Shown: in pieces, positions 1 through 11,352 of the stretch
Layout: every line of letters starts with the position of its first letter
How positions within the stretch are numbered: position 1 is the stretch's first letter
Source of the DNA: Takakia lepidozioides
Lineage: Eukaryota > Plantae > Bryophyta
Assembly (NCBI GenBank): GCA_030704615.1
Contig: CM060732.1
Span: 27,156,001 to 27,220,000, forward strand
DNA: 64,000 bases
Reading direction: 5' to 3'
Notes under the pieces: generated by a model
Told to the model about the DNA's origin: nothing
The model's database searches: none
What the model saw: only the letters and a program-made list of their open reading frames with translations
Made by a program: the position numbers and the translations under genes

Positions 1-3000
1 GGGCAATCACCAATGGCAATGGCAGGGCCCCCACCTCTACAAATTCGGCAACAACTTTCACAACTTCAGCAGCAAATGCAGCATCAAGCTGCTGCACAAG
101 CTGCCCAAGCACATATGCTGGCTGCAGCTGCTCGAGGCATGGGAGGTAGTGGGCTGAGTAGCAACCCTTACCTTACTATGGATATCCCTATGGTAATGCC
201 ACCATTCCGTTTGCCAGATGGAGATGACCCTGCACTTGGCATGACAGCTATGTCTCCTCCAAATCCTGCATTTCTGGCCAGGGTGACTGGGAATGGAAGT
301 CTCCCAGTGCTTCCCTCTCCAGAGGCTATGGCTAGCATGGGAATTGTTGGGGATGGAACAGGGGGTTTGCAAGTTGGCAACAATTTCCTCTCCTCCCCAG
401 TCAACTATGGCTCTGGGATACAGTCTCAGTCATCCATCAGGGCCCATCATCTACACCAGCACATGCAGAAATTGCAAATGCAGAACCAGGCCCTTTCAGG
501 TCAAGCACTTCCCTTCTCACTGCGGCTGCCCCAAAAATCCGGTGGGCAGATGCCAGAAAAGCAGCAGCAGCTCCTGAGTTCACAGTTGGACGTAGGCATT
601 GGGAATGACAATCGGAGTTCCTCATCATCGGCCTTGTTCTCAAGTGATCCTCAAGCGCAAGAGCATGCTCCTTCCTTGTCAGCTTCAGAGTCGGATCAAC
701 CCTCGTCTCAACCCTCAGATGCTGCTTCTGTCCAGCAGTTACCACAGCAAGGGCAGCAACAAAACCCGCAGTCACAGCAGCAGTCACTGTCTGCGCAGCA
801 CACTGCCCTGAAGCATCAACAACAGCAGCAACAGGTTAGTACCCTGCAATGAATCCAATGTTCCATCAACGTCTGGTGAAGTTGAGGTAATCTACTAATT
901 TGATTTCAAGAAGGTTGAGTCTATGGTGTGGTTGTGTCACTGTATGTCCACATGGATGCACCTAAAATTGTTAGACTCCGTGAAGTCCTGGAAGATGAGA
1001 TAGATTGAGTTGAAGTCCCTAAGGCCACGAGCCAAGTTAGACTGCAGGGGAGATACTGCTCAGACGTGACAGGCCTAAAGACCCATCTACTCTCTTAAGC
1101 TTTTCCCAGTGCGTCATGAACAAGTGGACTCAAGGGACTACCTAAAGGGCCTTCCCTGGCTGGACCCTAGGCTGAAGTTTCAAGTTGGAGTATTCTATGG
1201 GAAGTAAATCTATCTCGGGGCATGATACCATGCATAGTCTGATTTACTCTTTGGAACAGAGCCCACTTTGCATGAAAGAGTGTCAATGCACCATTTTTTG
1301 CCTCATTTGATGGTGGCTGGTGGGAATCCTCACATTGAATGGAAGCTGTGGAAAATCTTTCTGGAGGAACTTAGGGAGGCTATGGCCACAAATCTACAAC
1401 AGCTTAAAGTATAATGATACATCTTCTGTGCCCCTCAGGCAGTGGTCTTATTCTTAATAGGGTGGATGGCTATTTGGCATCATGACGTCATGAGTTTCAT
1501 GTCACATCAGTGATGTGGGTTTATAAACGGATTCTATGCTCTTAATATCACACTGCCACCCTCTAGTTCTCGGACTAGCTTGGACACTGGTGGCAGTTCT
1601 AGTCATCCAACTGGGAGGAGTTGTATACTGCAGGGGCTGGCTGGAAGGATCTGGTATTCGTTGCAGGGGACATCCTTGCTGCCTGCATCACACACTAAGC
1701 AGAAACTCTCCAACCAAACATCACTGACAAGTTTGCTGCGGTTTTCCAGGCACAGCTTCAGCAACAGATACAGATACAGCAGCAGCAGCAACAGCAGCTA
1801 CGGCAAAAGCTGCATCAGCAACAACACCATTTGCAACTCCTTCAGCAACAACGCCCTCAGGTTTTCATTACAGGCATTTCAGGATGACACCTTAGACAAG
1901 ACAGACAGCTGGTATGAGATGTCCAGTTGGTTTGCAGCCACTGGCCGGGCAAGAAACCAGGCAGGATCCAGAACGGCAAACTCAGCGAAGCATCTGCCAG
2001 ATGTGTGTATAGTCAAAGTTGTACTGGAACTGAGCTTCTGAGCAACCTCCCAATTGTTTGTTTGAGCCATTGATCTGTTCGAAACTGTATTATCGATTCT
2101 GGCTGGCCCCCAAAAGCTTCACAAGCATGGTTGGGATGAGGCACGCATTGACACATGACGAGTATTGATTGTGTCAGCCTCTTTTGCTTCTATCCTTTCC
2201 CCATCCAAAAAAGAGTTGTTACTCCTGGACATACACAATGAGGCAGTTTGAATGCTCCTTGATTATAAGAGTTCAGACACTTTCATATCTAAGAAAATGT
2301 CGTCTGTCTGCAGGCCCAGAGACCTGTTACATCCCCAGTGCAACCCCAGCAGCGGCTGCCAGCTTCTGGATACATGCGATCGGTGTCTCCAGTGGCAGGA
2401 GTAGCTCCAGTTGCTGCAGCTACTCATGGGGGTGCTACCTATTTCTTGACCCCAGGTCAGGGTATAGGCAGCCTTCCTCATGTAGCATCATCAGGAGGTA
2501 CCTTCAGCGGGCGCAGTGAGTCCCGGATAGCCAGGGGGCAGTCACCAGCTGGTACTGTGCAGTTGGGATCAAGATTTTTGCCCGAACAGCTGCGTGAGGA
2601 GCTTCGGAGGCGCCATGCCCTCATCCATGCCCAGGTTCTTAAAACTGCAGATTCAACTCACAGTTCGTCATGAAGGATGTCCTTGCACAAAGTGTAGAAT
2701 TGCTCGTGAAGATTTGTGTATTTGTCACATGTTGAACTCAAGCCTATGAAATCATCATATAGGCTCCTTTGGCTTCACCAAACTAATAGCTTTTCATTTT
2801 GACAAGTGACCAGGCTCTCTTGCAAGAATGTTTTCTTCAATGTTGTTTCGCCTCTGAAATTATGTTCATAGTACAGATCACCTCATTTGGCAACCAAGCC
2901 GATAAGGCTTTGATGTCTTCTGCTGGTCAGGTTATCACATGCAGTCAAAAACTGCATTCTCTACCTCTCGATTCTTTGCATGGGCCCATTTGCCAACTTG

Positions 3001-6000
3001 CCACCACATACAAACTTGGAAGGCGCTCCACATATGCACAACCATTTTAGCAATGTTCTCATGAAAAGTTTCAGGGAAGCTTGAATTGTGCAGCAGGACT
3101 TCAAAACCTTCACCCATTCATTCTGACACTTTCATTGAAGCTTTCATGTCCAAGCCCCCCTCCTCAGGCAGAGAGTTCAATTGTGGGAATACAGTGAGTG
3201 TCCTGTTTACATGAGTTGTACATGTTATCTCTTGATCAATGTCTATTCTAATTGGATAGTGGGATGACAGCTGGATCCAGAGCAGGATCTGGTGGACTTA
3301 CCAGAGATGGTGCAGCGATTCCATTCTCTGTTTCCATTGGAGGATGTGAATCGTGAAGACGAAGTCCCCAGTACCTCATTTGGAGTGCGGACAATGATTT
3401 TCAAAGGTATCTCATCATCAGATGGCCAAGCCTATGCCATCCGTCGAATTGACAGCCACCAGGTATCAACTTGCTATTATGTGGTATTCCTGGTGAGAGT
3501 TTGGCCAGTCGGTGTAGTAGAGTCAGAAAAGAGGCATAAACTTTAGGCTCTCCAGCCTTCTGAACCATGGGTAAAGGTAGCAATGGATTGTTCATCATAT
3601 TTCAATGTGGAACCCCATTTCACTTGTGCAATGTGATGTCATTAACAATTCAAGAACTAAAATTCCTTCTGAAATTTTGAGATGGCCTCATTGCTGGGAC
3701 ACTGTCTAAAGGTGGGCCAGTGCTTCCAGCAGACTGCATTTACGACCAATGGCTTTCAGCAATAGATTTATACATGCAATGAAGCAGCAATCATGTCCAT
3801 CCTTCCATGGCATGTGGGATGCACACAACCATGTGCAGAAGAACATTCTCAGCTGGTTACTTGAACCAACGGGAACCTCAGTGTTTTCATGACCTTACAT
3901 TCGACATATCGGAATTAGTCCGGCATATCGCACAGGCAATATGCTGGCTGCAGCACTCATAGGCAGCAGGTAGTTGTGAGATTCAGCAGGAGGATTACTC
4001 GCACCACAGTTTCAACACTTGTGAGATCCTAGTGTGAAGACTTCCTTTTTATCAGAGGCTATGTATTCCAACCTGTTGGGCCTGTTCATTGGTACTTTTG
4101 CGGTCTCCATTGTTTGGTGTATATAGAGGTCCATTTGGTACATTCATTCCTCTGTTTCTCACCATGCTCTTATCATGTGTAGTATGTTCTTTTCCCTTGC
4201 AACCATGATACATTCAATGGTATTGATGCAACTCGGCAGGTGATCCCGACAGCGGAACTGGCAGCTGCTGCAGTAGAAGCAGTTGATAGGTGGGCACCTC
4301 TGGCTCGGCATCCCCACATAGTGGCAATCCGGGAGTCATTTGTGAGCCGGGAAGTGGAGGACTCAGCTGCCCTGTTCTTTGTGCACGACTACTACCCAGG
4401 GGCTGTGACACTTGAAGCCATGCACTTGCAGCAAGAGCAAGCGGGTGGGGTTGTGCATTTGACGGTGAGCAGCACCTTGCATGTATGGTATGTATGGAGA
4501 GGCTTATGCTAATTTGATTCCGTGTGTGTTTTGGAAGTCTTCTCTCTGGTAATAATGCTGGAAGCCATGCATGCAGCGAAGCAAGCGACGGGGGTTGCAC
4601 ATTTGACAGTGAACTGTATACGTACATGTGTGTATAGGTTGCTTACTTGAGGAAAGAGCACACACACATTCTTCGCATGCAAGCTCATGTGGTTTGGCAA
4701 CTTGACTCTGCTTGTGCCCTTCTTTTACTTCTAAGGCAAACAACTTGACAGTAAAAAACAGATATGCTGAAGCTGGAGGGTTGTCAACTTCCACGAATCA
4801 GGCAGAATCTCATGATTTACATGACTGAGAACAGCACCTGCTGTATTGCCCGTCTCTGCTTTTCTTATTCATCATACAAGAATTCTGTTTGTGTAGCACT
4901 TCTTATGAGCTGCAAGTCATGTCAGTATTAGATCCCTCTCATAAGCAACTGTACAATGAGATTCCGAGGATTCCAGAGATTGTCCAGGAAACCTCATTGG
5001 CAGTCACCAAATAGAAGACCCAGCAGCTACTGTGTCAGAAACTGGCTTCTTCACTTGAATTGTGGTCTAGATCTGGTGGCAGTGGTACACCCATACTTTA
5101 CTTTGGAGCAGCATTGATGGCCTAGGAATGGACAGCAGAGGAAGAACTACTTTTCAAACTAAGAACCAAGCATTTTGGACAGTGTCCAAAAGGAGAAGCA
5201 AACCAAAATGGGATAAAGGCTGACATCGTGCCTCTTACAGTTAAATGCATGCCCTTGGTGCTTACTTCTTGCAAATGTATGGCCTTCAGAGTGGCAGGCC
5301 GCAGTCTTAATGTAGTTGAAAGGTGCAGATCTTGATTGCTACTCAGTGCAGCACTATCATCTACTTTATCTGGATCAGCTGAGGATGGAAGTGGTATCAT
5401 ATACCCACCCATTTTCAGGCTTAGCTCCAGTTTGGAGACTAATTTCTTGACTGTATGGAGTACCTGATTTTCATGGACTTTAAGTACATAAGTATACTTA
5501 AATGTGTAAGTTTTATGCAAGTTTAGTGCATAATCCTGTTTGGCTCTTCAAATGACAAATGAAAGTGATTGAAATGTTAGAGCCCGTCCTCCTACCCCCT
5601 GCTCCCCGTTTTCAAATTTGGGGGGCTGGAGGCATTTCGATTGTCATGGCCCTCAGTCACTCGAGGAGTCTGAAGCACAAGCTGATAACCTCACAAGCTC
5701 CATGCTTAGAGGGAGCTTGACTGATGGATAAATGGACCAATGGCTGCTGCATGGATGTGCCAAAGAGATACTGCCAATTGTTTTCTTCAATTATACTTTC
5801 ATACTGCCTGGTAACCCTTCTTGGATAAATGGAACAATGGTTGTAGGTCAGTGAGGAACAGCTGTGGAGCTACATGGTGCAATTGGCAACAGTCCTACGG
5901 GTGGTGCATGGTGCAGGCTTGTTTTTCCGTCTTGGTGGACTACATCCATCAAAAGTTATGGTTCCCAGTAGGGGCCGTCTCCGCATATCTGCTGTTGGAA

Positions 6001-8212
6001 TTCTTGATGTGCTACATGGGGACCCTGCTGACGACCCTCGCCTCTTTCAGGTTACTTTTATGGCACAACTTTGAGAGGATGGACTGAGAGGAGCATGGAC
6101 TGTAGTATCTAACACTACCGAGAAATTTAAATGTCACATGAGACTGAACTGAGTTGGAGTGAACAGGCTCCCTGGTGGATGTTATATTAGTTGGCGGCTT
6201 TCTTGATATCTCAGGGACATAGCAGTGATTGGCGTACTTCTATTGAATAGTAAAACTGTCCTTCTTCAGATTCGAGAACTTAGTGTGGTTAGTATATTCA
6301 GTCTCTAACTCTAAGAAGAGTGGTTGTTGGGTGGGGTAAGAAATTCACAAATAGATTGTTTCACTGTGTTGTTTGGAAGTTAGATGTGATTGTAAGCTCA
6401 AGACAAGACAAAGTGCACGCACAGGGTTTGGTGAAAGATTTCTGTCCTTCAATTTTCCTCAACAGTCCTGATTGTGTCATCGCTATTGCAGAGGGAAGAT
6501 TTGGCAGGGTTTGGGCGTCTCATTTTGTCACTAGCATGTGGGTCAGTAGCAAATGCTACGTTGGAGTTCATGGCCTCGCACTATTCAGCTGACCTTGTAC
6601 GAATCACCCAAGCTTTGTTGGCATCATCCCCTGACAAGTCAGAGGGAGTGGGCATCAGCAACATTCGCCAGCTGTATGCCGTTTTAGCAGAGCGTATGTT
6701 TAGTGAGGTATGTCTTGTCCTGTCTAGTTCCTCAATTAAGAGAAAGGTAGAGGGGAAGACAAAAGCGGACTGAACACTAGAGCATGCAGGAAAGGTTGAC
6801 TTCTGCCAAAGCAAGCGTAGTTGTGGTGTCACCTCACTACTGCCTTCCATTTAGAAGGTGGACACCTTCTAACAGCTGTAACCGGGGCAATATGGTTGCC
6901 CAAACCTCCCTCAAGGACTAGAAAGTCCCCAGGTACCCACACATTAAGTGACCATTTTACCTCTTTATAGCTGGATTGGCTATAATGGATGACATCTAAT
7001 GTACAGCTATGTGGCTTCGAAAAACGCGACCGTTTGTAAGGTGGCCTTGTGCCCTAACCACTGGGCGGTCTGTTGGATGCTAGCACGCAAGAATATATAG
7101 TCATCAGCCTCAATTTATCTATTAACTTGACACTCAGATGCATGCGTGATTTCTGTGCCTTTTTATGGTTTCTTGGTCGCTTGTCTTGGTTGTTGCTATT
7201 TATGATAAAGGAGACATATGTGCACATTGGATAGAAGGGTAAAGTTTAGAAGTTGAGGAAAGGTGGGGCGGGGGGTGGGGGTGTGTGTGCAGATAGAGAA
7301 TGTCCATGTGCAGAATGATGAGGTCATGCATGAGCTTAGCAAGGAGACTGAGAATGGGCGGCTGCTACGTATCCTGGTGAAAATGGGCATGATGAACGAG
7401 CGGCCTGAGGATGATATGGACCCTGGTTGGTCAGAAACTGGCGATCGCTACTTACTCAAGCTTTTTCGCGACTTCGTCTTTCACCAGGCAGATGCTCTCT
7501 CCGCCTCTTCACTGAAAGTCTTACTTCATTGTGTTCTGCATGTGCTACCTTCAACAAGCAACAAAGGACTTAATATCGGGTCTGAAATGTTCTGCTCGCA
7601 GAGATCAGAGGAAGGCATGCCTCTCATTGAGTGGGGCCATATCGTTGAGTGTCTCAACAAGGTACAGATTTACCAGCTGTTTTTGTTGTTCTGTTTGCAG
7701 GCTCAGTTATTTCCAAGTTTCAGCAAAACTCTGTGTCTTCAGTGCAGTAAACTTGTGCTTGATCTTGAGAGCGTTGAACTTAGAATATAATTTTCCTAGT
7801 AGATGGTGAGTGGTACCTGTAGCCTTTCCCTACTCCAGCAGGAAAGAGGCTTGACTTCTGGACTCTCTTGTGGTAACCACTTGATAGGCGAGAGAAGGCT
7901 TTGGCCCATATACTCAAACCCACTAAACGGCGCACTTCAGCTACTTGTTTCCCTGTAATAGCAGGCTAGGCACTGCTGAAAATAGTACAACTACCTTGAC
8001 CTTTGGGTAAAGTTAATGCCAGCTTGAATTCTTTGCTTTCTCTCCCACCAAGAAAGACCAAATTTGTGTGAATGTCTCTCTATGGACAGTTGGATGCGGG
8101 GGTGCCGGAAAGGGTGATATTACTGAGTCGCGATGAGCGATCAATGCTTATTGCTTCTTATGGAGACGTAAAGCGGTGCCTTGAGGGTGCCTATCAAGAG
8201 CTTGTTGCAAGG
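1..8212 (+). CDS. PAN3: PAN2-PAN3 deadenylase subunit PAN3 (Q-rich N-terminus, pseudokinase, coiled coil, C-terminal knob). 5' end outside the window; last exon unresolved
   Basis: Exons joined in frame, all introns phase 0: <1-834, 1750-1860, 2314-2634, 3271-3462, 4240-4464, 5847-6050, 6492-6707, 7293-7487, 7602-7661, 8090-8212. PAN3 motifs: FHSLFPLE, DGQAYAIRRI, FFVHDYYPGAVTL, EEQLWSYMVQL, ENGRLLRILVKMGMMNERP, WSETGDRYLLKLFRDFVFHQ, HIVECLNKLDAG. Confidence 0.92.
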
Positions 8213-10942
8213 GTACCACCACCTTTCTTTCATTCTTTGGTGCACTTATGTCTCCCTTCCGCTGGACCTCAGCTTGAGGTGGCATGTGTGTTTTCCCATG
8301 GATGGATTGCTGTATGCTATACTCTTTCCATGCTTTTTGAACGCTTGAGTGTGTTCTTTGGTGCACTTATATCTCCCAACCTTCAGAGTGTCACTACTCT
8401 TCAAGTGACTGACTAGTCGTATATGCACGAAACTCCATTCCCTGTGGGTGCTGCATCACTATATTGAGGTGACGCAGTGCAAACTGTTAATGTGACAGTT
8501 CGTCGACTCGTAATTTTTAAGGGAAAGCTCCATGGTTGATTTCCAGAAAGGGAGAGGACATGGTGGATTGGGCCTCACTCCCAATGCGTGAGATCCGTCA
8601 GGTTGCCAAGAGCAGATTGTCTTGGGTTTTGAGCTAAGAACCATTTTCTACTACTGTTATGTCATCTGTGTCCTGATAATGAAGAAGCCAACTGTTGAGG
8701 AAAGTGGGACTTAGTATTGTCCTGTGCGTCTTTTTTACGTGGTGTGGGGTCGGAGTTGACAAGAAGGGAGGATGAGAGGCTACACATTCTGGAGACCTTG
8801 TTGAGATATGGAAGGTAAGAGACTGGTTTTAGACAGATCGGCAGAAATATGAGAACTCTGGAGGACACAGTTATCTGGATTTTGCAAATGTATAATGACT
8901 ATGCAGTCTCTAATGATTGAGAGTTGACGCAGGGATCTGGAGATAAAGCAAGGCCATCGCTGTCTCAAAACATGCTGGCGCAAGCCCATGCTGCCAGGCT
9001 TAGCCAGAGACAGGCATCGTGAAATACCCACCTCGGTAACTTCTTCTTGTTATATTTGTGGGCTGGAACCAGTTAGTTTCTTTGCCAGTAAAAGGTGGAA
9101 TCCTTGCAAAGGCAAGCAGGGTGGTCAAGGTGCAGTCCTCACAGATTGGCTGAATTAGTGTTCTTCTTGAAACTAAGAAGATTTTCTTGTCATCATTGCA
9201 AACTACTACTTTGTCACAATGTAAATTTCTATGTAATTTAACATGTGTTGATCTTAGGGTTCTTTTCCTGTCAACGTTTCATTTGAGTAAGCATGAGGTG
9301 ATTTGGGAGCTTCTGAGCAGTTAACAGAGCAGGAGAAATTCTGGTCTGGAACTTGAACTCTTTGATATGTTTGGCAAGTTTGCACTGATGCCTACTTCAC
9401 CTGCACATCCATAGTGCTGTTTTCCTGCTATGGGATTGAGCCACATCATTCGGCAAGGCTTCCTTTGGCAGTATCTCATTTGTGCTCAAACATCATGGGC
9501 ATCATGCTCTGGGCCACCAGTGCGGACTTCCTAAATACTTTGTGCAGTGTAAATCTAGACTCAACGTCGTTCGGTCTGGGCATACTGTTTTTGGATAGGA
9601 ATGTACTCGTGGAATGTGAGAGGAATTTGAAGTGAGTTGTCTTAGATGGCTTATAACACTCTTTTGTTAATTAGCTTGGTTGAAGCTATTCATGAATCAC
9701 TCTGCTGCAGGTAGTTTTGCACTAACTGTCATTCACTTTGTGATGAAAACACTTGTGTAGAAAATTGCAAAATAAGTCTAGCACCAGAACATTATTTGAC
9801 ATCACTTTTCATTCGCATTTGCACAATTGTAGTCAATGATTTGCAATCGTGGTGGTAGACAGACCAGTTTTGCTCAAAAGGTGTAGGATGGAGCTACTCC
9901 CGCCACTTCACTCTTCAGGACCCAGTGGTCGAGAGATATTCTGTCATCCTGCAGTACAGATTTAGACATCAAGCCAATGCAGAGACCCTCACATGGATAC
10001 CATAATCTTCCCAGCGCAGTTGATTTTGTAGGATCATATCCCCACTCTCTCCTGAGAGCCCATCCCTGCCCCACTAGAGATTCCACTCCCTCTCTAGTGT
10101 TACTATATGTGTAGGGTAAAGAACCATGCAGGGCGGAGGGAGTGCAGCCGCGATGGCGGCAGAGCTCGGGGCTCGAGAAAAACGCCACGAGGGGTGGGCC
10201 AAACCTAGGGCGGGGGTTTGAGAGGGTTGCGGGTGGAGTGACCCCCCATGAAAGCAGGGCCGGGTAGCCAGAGGAGCTCCCAAACCCCGCGCCCTTCTGG
10301 GCTAGGGCTCCAAATATCCTAGGCCTGCAGGCTATACCAAAGGTGTGCCATTTGAAGTCTTGGGCAGGGAACCTAAGGATGCGGTGCATTGGCTCATTGG
10401 CCTCAAAGTTTTTTGCGGACTTCATATGGAAGCCCATGACATTTCAACCAGAGGGATTAGGGATTGACCGGCTGAATTTTTTTGTATAATTTTAGGAAGA
10501 GAGATTTTGGCCTGCCCATTGACCCTCCAATTTGTCACTACAAAGGAGCCCACTTGAGAACATTTCAGAAAAAACTGAATTTTATGAGAATGTGTGTTAT
10601 CAGGTATGGAACAACATTCTTGTGACTCTCAAACAGAAAAAAAAAAACTGCCCAAATACGAGCAAAAAACTGCTTTTTTTGGCACCTAGTTCTTAGTGGA
10701 GATTTTTCTTGGTCCCCACTCTACACTTTATAATCTTCAGATCTGGCAGTTGGATTCTGGTGAAACTTTTTGTGGTAGGAGGTGGGGTAGGTGGGAAGTA
10801 ATTCCAACGGTCAGTTCTACAGGGACACAAAGATTCTATAGATAATTTTTTTTTTGTGGGCCAGGGTCATGTTTTTCCACGAGAGGGTGAAAATGAGTTT
10901 TGACACTTAAGGGTTAAGGCCCTTCTAGAGACCTACGCGTTA

Positions 10943-11171
10943 GGGTTATGTCCTATAGGCAACGCAAAATGCACTAAATTTTTTGTGAAGGCGTTTTTTA
11001 CGATAGGGGGTATGTAGTCGATAAAGGTGATTGGATGTGTGGTGTGGTTGCTGGTGGGATCGACAGTTCTCCCAGAAAACATCGAGCACACCAGTTTCCC
11101 ACAGCCCAAGCTCCCAAGATTTTTTTAGGAAATCTAACCGCAACTATGCCTGCCTCCAGTGGACCTAATCC
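10943..11171. mobile_element. Putative MITE with imperfect terminal inverted repeats
   Basis: Left GGGTTATGTCC..AGGCA versus right TGCCT..GGACCTAATCC. TA on both flanks (10941-42, 11172-73). No coding capacity. Confidence 0.4.
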
Positions 11172-11332
11172 TAATCGATCCGGTTAGAGTAAGACAAATG
11201 CTAACTAAGATCAGCTGCGCCAGCCTTCATTCCATCATCTTTAGAATGCACATTCAATACAGTAGCATATCCTCTTACTTCTAGAGCTAGAGTCTTTGAC
11301 TCTGTGGCTTCACATAACAGTGACCTTGCAGC

Positions 11333-11352
11333 TGTGTGTGTGTGTGTGTGTG
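11333..11352. repeat. (TG)n microsatellite
   Basis: tgtgtgtgtgtgtgtgtgtg. Confidence 0.9.

Noticed and set aside
8213-9040. Terminal exon of PAN3
   Set aside because: Several AG acceptors (~8600, 8832, 8870) each give a short open frame, and read-through is also possible; cannot choose without transcripts.
9874-10920. 187-aa minus ORF and a TE-like segment ending GGGTTAA
   Set aside because: The ORF is a GC-rich artefact with no recognisable motif, and I found no matching second terminus.
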